From assembly GCA_013239625.1 (NCBI GenBank), contig MU053652.1:1924001-1988000 (forward strand): 64,000 bases of DNA, in the 5' to 3' direction. The translations under genes were made by a program, and so were the position numbers. Under the pieces are notes generated by a model. That model saw only the letters and a list, made by a program, of their open reading frames with translations, made no database searches and had not been told where the DNA came from. Numbering within the stretch: position 1 is the stretch's first letter; the number at the start of each line of letters is the position of its first letter. The stretch is from Lama guanicoe (Eukaryota). Of the stretch, positions 24,931-36,165 are shown in pieces.

Positions 24931-25585
24931 GTAGGGACTGCCCCGACCTTGGGTTTCCTTCCTCAGCTGTCAGAAGCCAAGGAGAGCTTAGGGGCCCAGT
25001 CCTGCTGTGGGGACTGATGAACCAGGGGTGGTTCCGAGCACCCCTCGATCAAAGCTTCTTGCCTGGGCTCCCTCTTTCCACTGAGAGCACCTCTGCGCAG
25101 GACCCAGCCCTGGAGGCCAAGCTCCAACCAGCTGACAGCCCCCGACCTGAGGACTGGAGGGCACACTGGGAGGCTGGGAGGGGCTGCAGAGGGCATCCTG
25201 ATGGCAAGGCCCCTGGTGATCATTGGGAAACCGCTGTATCAGGGGCAGAGAAGGGAATGGAACAAAGACTTGGGGTCAGAAGGAGTGGGTGCAGCCCAGC
25301 TCCACTGCTTAGCAGCCAAGCAACCCCCCTGGGACCGGGGATTCTCACCAGTCAACTCCCTTACCAGACACTGAGAGGACTGATTGAGGTGCAAATACCC
25401 AGTGCAGCGCCTGGCTCGCCTCCCACCTTCCCCTCACTCCCGCCCAGTTCCCAGCCCTCCCCACTATCTGCTTCAGCTCCAGAGGACATCTAGGGTGAGG
25501 AGAGGGGGCAGAGCATGAAGATGTTGTCTCCACAAGCTAAGACAGGAGTTAGTGATGAGTCCAGTCCAGAGAACAACCTTTTAAA

Positions 25586-25800
25586 CCAGGGTCAGCAGAT
25601 TCTAGCCCCGGGGAGCCAAATCTGGCTGTCTGCCTGCTTTTATAAATAAAGTTTTATTGGAACACAGCCATGCTCATTTGTATATGTTTTGTCTCTAGCT
25701 GCTTTCTCACCACAGCAGTAATTGCAGCCAACCATATGGCTCCAGAAACCTAAAATATTTACTCTCTAGCCCTTTACAGAAAGAGCTTGCCACCTGGCCT
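25586..25800. mobile_element. MER58A-like hAT-Charlie fossil
   Basis: 'cagggtcagca...gccaaatctggc...taaataaagttttattggaacacagccatgctcattt...cctaaaatatttact...ccctttacagaaa'. Confidence 0.8.
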
Positions 25801-27363
25801 TACACCCAAACATAAGGCAGCCTTTGAGAGATGTGACCTGGTTGTCCTCAGCAGTTACTCTCTTATAAGCTTTAGCCACAATCTGAAAGTAGATAAATAC
25901 AATGCACAGAGAGGGGCAAAGAGCCTATAAAAGCTGTTCTAGGATTTGCCCGCAGGGCCTGGTGAGTCCAAGAAGTTGGCATGGCCCCCTGTTCTTAGAC
26001 AAACTCTGTGACTCTCGAAGGCCTTCACAGCCTGATTTGATTCACTTCTTCCGCGTGGCCCTGTCAGAGAACTAGCGGTGTTGTCCTTCCTGGCACTCAG
26101 CAGCCACCCCCCCAGTGATGCTCACACCAAGAAGGAAGGCTGGAGGCATGTTCTGAGTTGGCTGGGGCTCCAGGCATGTCAGAGTCTGAGACGGGGTGGG
26201 GCTCTGCAGAACACATGGCTTTACGCTGCTCACAGCAGCCTGGGTTACTAGGGAACGGTGATGGGGCATTCGATAAATGTACGTTAAATTGATGATTGAG
26301 AAGATCGGAAGATGGCTCAACACCAGCAGCTCACTGGCCAATGCTGCCAGGGGCGGAGAGCCTCTCTGGGTTTCAGAGGACTCTCCCTGCATGTGTGTGT
26401 GTGTGGGTGAGTGTGTGTGTGCTGCAGAGGGGGCGGGGGAGGGCAAGAGGAAGGGAAGGCAGTAATGGAGTATAAAAATGCGCAGATGGATAGAGGGGTA
26501 GAAATGAATGTGGGTGCCAGGGACTCTACCCTCCAAGCTTTTAACCACTTAGTTGTTTAGATGGTCAGATTCTTCTCAAAGATACTCCCTTAATTGTAGA
26601 TAAAGTGATTTGTCACTTTCCTTTGAGTAGCCTCCAAGGAAGATAGCCTACATCCCATGCCAGCTTCTCAGTGGTCCTGAAGATAGGACAGTGGGGTCCA
26701 GGGTTCCACTGAAAAGCCACCCAAAGGTGAATCTCCTAATTGCCCAGATCAGCAGTCCTCTGACTGACACCCCGGGGCGGGAGGGTCCCAGAGCATTTCC
26801 TGTTTGCATTCTTAGAAGAGGTTCCTGGGTGTCTGGGCCTCCGCCTGTCCCGAGTCTCAGCCGACTGAAGCCTCTAGGGTGGAAATTTCTAGCATGATTG
26901 TCCTGGGGGAGGAGGCTGTGCTCAGACTTTGGAGGACAGTCTGGAGTGAGGCTTCCATAAGGCCAAGGCCAATATGAAAAAAGTTCCCTGAGGCTGGTGA
27001 GGGAGGGGAAGGAGACCCCAGGGGGCTGCAGAGAAGCAGCTGGCTGAGGTCAGGAGGCCTGGGGGGCCAAGAGGACCATGCTGCCGGCCCAGCCTCCACA
27101 GGGTGTCCACTCTTCGAATGAGCTCAGCGCAGGACGGCCGCCGACATCTGGCCATCACTGTCTTCCCCTTGGCTGCTGAGAGCTCATCCTTATTATTATG
27201 CAGTCAGCTTGTCATCGTCCTTGTCCTGGGAACATTATCATGCCTCCCGGGTATCATTGTCTTTAATGCCGGAGCTCAGCCTGATTGATTATCGTCTTCA
27301 TCGTCAAGTCGGTTGCTATTCCTATCCCTGTGTTTACACGCCTCCTTCTTTCTTCCTGGTCAG

Positions 27364-27457
27364 CGGGAACACACCCATCGCCGTGTGGGGGACTCACCTG
27401 GACCTCATACAGAACCCCCAGATCCGTGCCAAGCATGGAGGGAAGGAGCACATCAAT
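27364..27457 (+). CDS. PLXNA4: Plexin-A4 exon (~17): GNTPIAVWGTHLDLIQNPQIRAKHGGKEHIN
   Basis: ggtcag|CGGGAA acceptor, AAT|gtgagt donor, 94 nt. Confidence 0.94.
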
Positions 27458-27966
27458 GTGAGTCCAGGGCTGGCAGGGGTCTTGGGGCTGCCCAGTAGGC
27501 ATGTGGCCTCCTTACAGGGTAGGGGGCTCCCCGAGGGCTCAGGCAGGCTCGCGCCAGGCACTGGCAATCTGTCACTGGGTGTGATGCCCCTGAACACTGG
27601 GAAGGCGGGATGGGGGAGCAGGCCGAAGACACTTTCACACCCTGGGGCACAGGCACGGAGGAGCAATTGCCTCTGGGTTCCTGGGGCTTCAGACCCTCAT
27701 TCCTCCAGCCTTCCGACCACCAGTTTCACTGCTTAGCTAGAGATACCCCTGTCCCTGCCACACCCACTGTGGGCAGAGAGGAGGCAGGTGCCCACTGCAG
27801 AGCCTGTCCCTGAGAGCCTGTTTGTGTGGTCCTGGCTCGGCTGGAGCCATTGTGACCCATCCAAGGCTGTCCCGTGTCACCACCACCCTGTACAACAGCA
27901 CCGAGGGAGAGCCGGTGGTGGCTGCGGGGGCACGCCGCATCATCCTCCCTCTCCGGCCCCCCCCAG

Positions 27967-28206
27967 CTCTGTGAGGTGCTGAACGCCACTGAGATGACCT
28001 GCCAGGCTCCCGCCCTGGCTCTGGGGCCCGACCACCAGTCTGACCTGACGGAGAGGCCTGAGGAGTTTGGCTTCATCCTGGACAACGTGCAGTCCCTGCT
28101 AATCCTCAACAAGACCAACTTCACCTACTACCCCAACCCTGTGTTTGAGGCCTTCGGTCCCTCTGGAATCCTGGAGCTCAAGCCGGGCACACCCATCATC
28201 CTAAAG
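27967..28206 (+). CDS. PLXNA4: Plexin-A4 exon (~18): LCEVLNATEMTCQAP...GILELKPGTPIILK
   Basis: ccccag|CTCTGT acceptor, AAG|gtaaag donor, 240 nt, phase 0-0. Confidence 0.94.
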
Positions 28207-28862
28207 GTAAAGTGAGATGGTGGGAAGGAGACCGCTGTGGGCAAGGGGAGGGGCTTTCCACATCGCAGAAGAAAGCCGGAAGTCATGGACCCCAGCCAGA
28301 CCTCGAGGCTGGTGGCCTACCTAGTGGAGGTTGTATTATGGCCCAGACTATGGGAAAAGCTCTCTGAGTCTGTATTGAGAGGTGCACTCTCTTTATGGAC
28401 TGTAGAGACCTGGTCAGGGCAGCCGGATCCACCCTGATCATCTGACTTCCGACTCTGTGCCCTGAGACCAGGACCTGGGAGGTCAAAGGCTCATGCTGCT
28501 TCCTCCTGTGCAGCCCTTTGCAAACCACAGTATAGGACTTCTTTGGAGCACAGAGAGTAAATTAATTTTAATTCATGTAACAATTTGGAACAACCGGTAG
28601 TGACTGACTGCAACTCTGTGTTGAGAAGGATTCTGAGGCTGCATTTCGGAAAAGCTAAAAAGAGTGCCTTGATTATTGATTTCCCACTGATGAAGGGGGA
28701 ATAGTAGTATATGTGTCGCAAATTTGGGGGACTTATTGGGGAAAATAACCTCTCCACCAGCTCCCCAAAAGGATGGGATCTCCAGATGGGAGGACATGAC
28801 AGCCAGCCAGTAGCTGTGCCCCTGACTCTGGGGTGGGAACTTGGGATTTCCTGTCCATCTAG

Positions 28863-29009
28863 GGCAAAAATCTGATCCCACCTGTGGCTGGGGGCAACGT
28901 GAAGCTGAACTACACTGTGCTGATCGGGGAGAAGCCGTGCACTGTAACCGTGTCGGATGTGCAGCTGCTCTGCGAGTCCCCCAACCTCATCGGCAGGCAC
29001 AAAGTGATG
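28863..29009 (+). CDS. PLXNA4: Plexin-A4 exon (~19): [49 protein letters not shown]
   Basis: atctag|GGCAAA acceptor, ATG|gtgagg donor, 147 nt, phase 0-0; translated by hand. Confidence 0.94.
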
Positions 29010-29680
29010 GTGAGGCTGGTGGGACCCCATCCTGGACGGGGCGGGAGCTAGGGATGCAGGGATGCTGGGGGATGAGTGGTCCAGCTCCATCCTGGACCAC
29101 TAGGGCTTTCTGGGAGTGGGGGCGGTTCTGGCCTGCTTGAATTTCCTCCCAGCTAGCCCACAACCCCCATTTCCTTCTCCCTGTCCCACTTCTGACTTCT
29201 TTCTTCTGTATTGTCACCCTCTTCATACTGGCCGGTGCTGCAGTAAGGGCAATGCAAAATGGCACTCAGTATGTGCTAAATTGCCTGTTAAAGGCAAGAG
29301 ACCCTTCCAGGAGAGGGCCATTGTTGGCCTGGGCAGGACGGAATATCATGTCCTGGCCTCAGTCACAGTGGGATGCGTCTTCAGGGATCTAGTCTTTGAT
29401 GTCATGTAGGCTTTTTTAGATCCTAGTTGAGTGCTGTTTCCTCATGAAGACAACCACGTTCACTCCTGAGTAAGAAAAGGTAGGGTCTTTCCAGTTGTGG
29501 GGGTGGCCTGCGCTGAGCTGTCCATACCCCTCCCTCGGGCCCTGGATGCCCTCTTGTCTGCTGTCCCTGGAGCCGTTTTCCTCATGCAGCCCTGGTCACC
29601 AGCTCACCAGTGGCTCAGGGCAGTTCCCTAGGATGCTCTGTGGCCACACCCAGCCCCCTCTCGCCTGGCGTGTCCCCTAG

Positions 29681-29915
29681 GCCCGAGTCGGTGGCATGGA
29701 GTACTCCCCGGGGATGGTGTACATCGCCCCTGACAGCCCGCTCAGCCTGCCCGCCATCGTCAGCATCGCCGTGGCTGGCGGCCTCCTCATCGTCTTCATC
29801 GTGGCCGTTCTCATCGCCTACAAACGCAAGTCCCGTGAAAGCGACCTCACGCTGAAGCGGTTGCAGATGCAGATGGACAACCTGGAGTCCCGCGTGGCCC
29901 TGGAGTGCAAAGAAG
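29681..29915 (+). CDS. PLXNA4: Plexin-A4 exon (~20): transmembrane helix (~29753-29818, [22 protein letters not shown]), KRK motif and juxtamembrane coiled coil
   Basis: ccctag|GCCCGA acceptor, GAAG|gtacca donor, 235 nt; 22-residue hydrophobic run followed by YKRKSRE. Confidence 0.96.
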
Positions 29916-32566
29916 GTACCAAGCGGCTAGGGCCTGGGTGTGCATGCAAGCATCTGTCGAACACACAAGCAACAGTGCGCTGAGCTGGGCCTGAGTCTCC
30001 TGTCTCCAGATCCCCCACCTCTCGTGTCTGAGCCCCTGCTCAGGCCAAGGCTGTCCCCGCAGGCCCCACCCGAGCGAGTCCACATGAGGCTAAGGCTTCC
30101 CCTCCCTTCTTCCCCCAAGTCAGGCTGGGATCATTTCAATCCCCACGAGAGCAGTATCCAGCCCGGGATCCTGGCCGGGTGGGCTCTCGGGGAGACCTGG
30201 ACATGACACACTCAAGCAACCTTCAGAAGGAAGGTAGGGCTGGAGGGCTGATCTGAGATTTAGAAGGATGAGCAGTTCACAGCTTGTATTTTTAAAATTA
30301 CTAACACCACCATGAAGTGAAACCAGCCGTCCCAAATCCAAGAAGGAAATTTAGGAGTCAGACTCTTGTCACCCTCAGGCAATCATTCGTGAGTCATCCT
30401 GGGAGGGTCTGAGCTGGTTCTTTCTGTAGATTTATACCCGGATGGGAGGGCTCCTCTATACCTGGGGCTGCCATATCCCTGCTGGGGAGGCCGCGGCTCT
30501 CTGATGGGGAAGCAGGTCCCTTCCATCCCCTCTCCACATCCTCAGCTGTCAACACAGCATCCGCCTCGTGGGACTGTTAATTACGGCCTTTTATTATATT
30601 TACACTGCCTAATTTTTTTCTCCGCAATGTACGCTTCCCTCTAATTAGGTGCAGTGATTAGAATCTCTTTTATGTGTGCCAGGCGCGAGGCTTTGAATGT
30701 TGGAGGTGCTCAGTGACTTGAAGGAAGACTGCAGACCTAAAAAAGCCAGCTCCCTCCTCCTCCCCACCAGCTGAGCACTCCTGCTGGGAGGGGGCAGAGG
30801 GGGAGTGTGAAGCCGGGTTCCAGAGAAGGAGGAGCTGGCGGTCAGACAGGGAGTCCGGACTCCAGGACGCCAGGAGAGGGCCTTGGCTTCTGGCCCCGGA
30901 GAGGGCTGTCCTGGGGGGTGGAAAGAGAGACATAGGATTAGCCTTGACAGTGTTTTCCAAGGGTGCCCAGAGCTGGCTCTTGAGGATTTAAAGGATGGGC
31001 AACTTCCTGAAGACCTGACAGTGCGGCAGGCCATCGCCCACCCACAAGCTCAGGAGAGGCCCAGGCTGTGCCCCTCACAGGCCTGACCTTCCCGCACACA
31101 CGCATGCACACACCCCTGTAGACACGCACTGACTCACACTCGGGTGATCACTCGTGCGCTCACACCTCTGCACTCATGCCCACGTTCCCACAGACACACA
31201 CACATGTGTTCTTGCCTCAGCACATACATGAGTGCTCATTGGGGCTTTGGTAACAGTCACATCCCCAAAAGGCTTCCTGACTCCCCTTTCACAGACACGT
31301 GCGCACAAGCTGGTGTAAGTTCCACCCAGATGTGTTCGGGTTGCTCTGCCTTTGGAGTCTTTTCTTGACAAGGCTTCCCTTCCCCGTGTCAGTGGGAGGT
31401 GGGGGGCACAGAAAGAGCACAGCACAGGAGGGGCCTGCAGCCGCCTCCCCATTGTCCTGTCACACAAGCACTGATATCCTCAAGGCCCAGAGACCCAGTG
31501 TCCGAAGGCCGGAAGTCAGCACTGGGGGTGCGGTGGGGCCCCCGCCGACAGCACCTGGGACAGCCGTGTTGTAGTCGTGCCATCAGCAGGCCCACTGGGC
31601 GAAGGGCTGGCTTTTCGAGGGCCCTGGAACCATATTGGGCTTATGGATCCTTTCTGAGCCCACAAAGTATTTTTTCCCTATTCTTGTCTGTATAGATGGA
31701 AGTACAGTTTAATTGACGTCCGCTGGCCGTTCTTTGCGGGAATGTGTTCATCCATCTCGGTTGTGTGTGTCTATGTGTGCATTTGCATGTGTTGAGGAAA
31801 AAGGTGGAGGAGGGAAGGACCTCAGACTACCTCCCAGGGCAAACCGCAGCCCAGGAGGAGGGCTGTACCCAGGACGGAGTGTGATCGCACCGCTGTGGGA
31901 CAGCTGGGGGTGTGTGCAGGATTTTCTTAGGGGCCGGGGCGGGGGCATGGTCTCACAGTTCTGTGACCCTCTGGAGGCCTGGGCTGCCTCCACAGACTGC
32001 GGGGCCCACATGCAGTTCATAATTCACCTCTGAGCAGCATCACCTTGAGGAAGGGAGGACAGAGGTGCACCCTGCATATTTGTCCAGGAGGGATGTATCA
32101 GTTTGGCAGAGCCTTCATCTGGCCCTGTTTGGTGGTCTGATGGCTCTGGTAAGCTGCATGGCCTAGACTGGGACTTTAGACCCCCCATCACTGGAATTTA
32201 CTTGTTCACTGGCCCCGTCCTTCCATGCCCTCCTACCTGCCAGCATATTTTGCAAGCCAAAGCCCCTAATCTTCAGACAGCAAGGCCCTCCTGGCCCCAG
32301 CAGCAGCTCAGACCTGTGGACAGCTGGCCCCCCATTCATGCTTTGGAAGGGATTTGGCTCAAGACAAGCTTCCTTGTGCTGCATCTTTCTCCCATTCCTA
32401 AACCATTCACTTCAGCTACTTAAAACACCCCCCTTTCTTACTCTTGCGCTGCTGTGGTCCGCTGCGCTTGTCTCCAAGGGCCTGGGAGAGGGTTCTGAGT
32501 GTTCCGAGTCAGGGTAACTCTTGGCTGGCCCCATCCAGTGGTGTCGTGGTCTTCTCTTTGTGCCAG

Positions 32567-32709
32567 CCTTTGCCGAGCTGCAGACTGACATCCACGAGTT
32601 GACCAGTGACCTGGATGGAGCTGGGATTCCCTTCCTGGACTACAGAACCTACACCATGCGGGTGCTCTTCCCAGGGATTGAAGACCACCCTGTCCTCCGG
32701 GACCTCGAG
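32567..32709 (+). CDS. PLXNA4: Plexin-A4 exon (~21): [48 protein letters not shown]
   Basis: tgccag|CCTTTG acceptor, GAG|gtgaga donor, 143 nt. Confidence 0.95.
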
Positions 32710-33944
32710 GTGAGAAGCAGTCTTCATGGCCAAGCCCTTCCCCCATCACAGTGTTAGTGCAGAGAAGGACATGGTGACCTTCAAGTCCAGCCACCTCATT
32801 CAGAGGAGAGACAATAGAGACTAGGGAGGGGACGAGACTTGCCTGAGGTCACCCGCTTGTTGGCGCCAACCTGTCCCTCGGGAGGGAAGGGAACTCAGAG
32901 CAGAGGTGGGAGTAGGGCTTTGGGTCTTAGGGGTCATGGATCCCCTGAGAATTGGGTAGGAGCTGAAGACCCTCTCCCCAGAGAAACTGTATACACAGAA
33001 ACAGGAAATCTGGCAAACAATACAGGCAGTTCACGGACCCTTGTGTAAGAAACTGCCATGTAAGGGATTTTACCACTTAGTTGGTGCTCAGTAAGTAAAT
33101 GGGGAGAAGATAAGCGATGTGCTCAGGAGGGAGGTGGAAATGTGAATGATAAGAACGTAACTGCCTTTGTGCCAGCAGGGACCTCAACTTTTGAACATTT
33201 TATTCCACTTACTGTCTACCACAGTGTCTGGCTTATGCATATATTCATATTATGCTTTGTTCTGAAAGGGATTTGGAATGACTTATAAAGATAAATACCA
33301 GAGAAAAGCAAAAAATATAAATGAGGAAACCTGGGCAAGGGGGTGAATCATAAGGAATGATCATCCTGAGTTGACTTCTGACGAGTATCCTGGTCCTGTC
33401 ATAATACTTTACGTGTCTGTGCTCATTTCACCTCCCAAGAGCCCTCAGAAGCAGGTGCACCCATTTCACAGGTGAGAAAACTAAGGGCATGGAGAACTCT
33501 GGGGCCACACAGCTGGGAGGGAACGGGCCAGGATGTGAGTCCAGCAGTTAGACTCCGGAGCGCGGACTCCCAAGGGCCAGCCTGTGCCCTTGGCTTCTGA
33601 CGTGCTGTGTCTGATCCACACTGAACGGCTCTGGATACTTATCCGGATGGATCAAAACTCTTCAGCCAAAGCACCAACGGAAAATAAGACTAATTCCAAA
33701 CTCGTGTTGTCCACAACATAGAAGGAGACCTGTCGCTCCGGAGTCTTCCAGTTATGCCAGTGCTGAGCCCCGTGGGAAAGCCTGCACGGTTCTCCAAGGG
33801 ACATAGGGAGAGGCTGTGTACTTGTGCAGGGGACGCAGCAGGTCCCCAGGGCACTCGGGGCCCACGCGCATTTCTCCAACTTGATTATGGGATGAATCTG
33901 TGTGTGTGTGTGTGCGCGCGTGCATGTGTAGACTCTGCCCATGC

Positions 33945-34035
33945 CTAATTTATCTTTGTAATTCTGGCTTCCAGCAGAGTGCTTGGCACATAGTAGGCAT
34001 GCAGGAAGTGTTGAATGATTTGAATAAATGAATGT
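33945..34035 (+). mobile_element. L2 LINE 3' tail
   Basis: 'gtgcttggcacatagtaggc...tgttgaatgatttgaataaatgaatg'. Confidence 0.7.
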
Positions 34036-35621
34036 CTGTGTGTCTGCATGAAATGGGGTGGAAATGGCAGCCCTAGGAAGGGAAGTTGTGTTTGAATGTC
34101 CCCACACCCCTCCATGGGCAGGATGGAGAATAATCAAAGTAAGAATTCAACTAGGATGAGTATATAAAGTTTTTCTCTCTTTTCCACTAGTTTAAAATTC
34201 CAAGTAGATTTCCTCTAAGCATTTAACTTTTAAATCAGATGTTCTGAGCCCACTTCCAAGCTGGCATCCCCGTAGGGTGGCCTGAATACTTCGGAGCAGG
34301 CTGGGGAACAGCCTTCTCCCACGTAAGTTGTTTCTCTTGATGGACGCACACATTCCACATGGCTTTCCTGAACATTCCTATGGCCCGTATTATAAATCAT
34401 GCCACATCCTGCCATATGGTCTTATTTCTCATTCAATCCCATTCATTCTACGGCTTTCCCACATGCCCTTGTGTCTCTGTGGATCCTCAGAGTCTCGGGC
34501 CTGGCTTGGCACCTGTTTCGCACACACCCCAGGGCAGCACACTCCGAAGAACTGCTCAGGGCAGTGGAGGAGAGTTACAGGGCTGATCCTCCCACAGGGT
34601 CTTGTGGGTGGTAGTGCAGGTTGCGCACTTCCCCAGGTGGCACTGTTCATATGTGACACTTCCTGGAGTTATGCAGTGCGTGACCTGCCCCACTGCCTGT
34701 AGCAGCCCTGTTCACCCAAGACCAGAATCCTGATAATTCCCTCTCATGGCCTTTCTGGACGGTACCGGGCCCCTTGCTGAAAGCTGGCAGCATCCCCACC
34801 CAGCTGCACTTCCCCGGGCCTTTCCTCTAGGGTTAGTTTTCTGGGAGGAGCTGCTACCCAACTCCTGGGCTTATTCCTCAGCAAAGTGCACAGCCCAGGA
34901 GCCCTGCCCAGCAAGCCAGGCTGAATGGACGGAACCGCTGGGCACCCCTGCTCCCGACCTTAGAGCCCCGCGTGGAGCCAGCTCCCTGCTTCACTGGGTG
35001 CTGCCCTGGCCCCACCCACCTTGTTCTCCAGCATCTCAGGGCCACTAAACAGAGGCTTCGGGGGCTACAGAATGAGCTGCAGCAAATGTGTCCCCTGCCC
35101 AGAAAGCTTCAGAAAGCCTGGTTCAGTGCAGTCTCCGAGATGCGCGGTCTCTCCACATCACAGTGACACCGCCCACCCCACCAGCTGGACCACCAGGACT
35201 CAGTGCCTCACACCCGTCTGCAGGGGCTGTCGGATGAACTCAGCCCTCAGACAGCTGTGGAAGAAGGTCTGTGAGAGTCAGGACTGCTGGGTTCTGACAG
35301 TCACCTGACCAGACTGTCAGACTCCCCGATGCTCTCTAGGTGGGCACCCCACCAATGCCTGAGACCATTCCTATGGCCCCCATTACCAATCACATCATGT
35401 CCTACCCCAGCCTTATTCCTCATCTGGCACCTTAAGATCTCCCCTCAGACCTGAGTCTTCGCTCTTTTCCTTGCCTTTATTACAGGGGAAGAATTTCTGT
35501 CCCCCCGCCTCCTGCTCAGGAAGGAGTTAACAGCCAGCTTCTCTGGTTGCCCTGAGTTGGAGGCCACGAGGTAGCTAGTTGTCAGGCATGGGCTCTGAAT
35601 CAAGCCAGTCTCAGAGATTTC

Positions 35622-36165
35622 TGTTTTAATTCTGGTAAAATATACATAACATAAAATTGACCATTTGACCCATTTTTAAGTGTACATTTCAGTGGCATTA
35701 AGTTCATTCACATTATTGTGCAACCATCACTACAGTGTATCTCCAGAACTTTTTCATCTTCCCCAGCTGGAACTCTGTACCTATTGAACAATAAACAACT
35801 CCCCATTTCCGCCCCCCCCGAGCCCCTGGCAACCACCATCCTACTTTCTGTCTCCATGAACTTGGCTACTCTGGGTACCTCATATAAGTGGAATCATTTA
35901 GTATTTGTCCTTTTGTGACTGGTTTACTTCACTTAGCAAAATGTTTTCAAGGTTCACCCACATTGTAGCATGTGACAGAATTCCTCTCCTTTGAAGGCTG
36001 AATAATAGCCCATTGTAGGTGTAGACCACATTTTGTTTATCCATTCATCTCTCATTGGACACATGGGTTGCTTCCACCTTTTGGCTATTGTGAATAATGC
36101 TGCTGTGAACATGGGTGTACAGATGCCTGAGCTCTTGCTTCCATCTTTTGGGCATATGCCCAGGA
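35622..36165 (-). mobile_element. Old LINE-1 (L1MB-like) 3' fragment
   Basis: 'ggtaaaatatacataacataaaatt', 'gtgcaaccatcact', 'ggcaaccaccatcctactttctgtctc', 'cctcatataagtggaatcat', 'ggctattgtgaataatgctgct'. Confidence 0.85.

Noticed and set aside
25644..25650. AATAAA as an intronic poly(A) signal yielding a secreted ectodomain
   Set aside because: It lies within the MER58A consensus sequence and no terminal exon structure is evident.
33899..33930. Alternating purine-pyrimidine (TG)n(CG)n tract, potential Z-DNA
   Set aside because: Ordinary short microsatellite.
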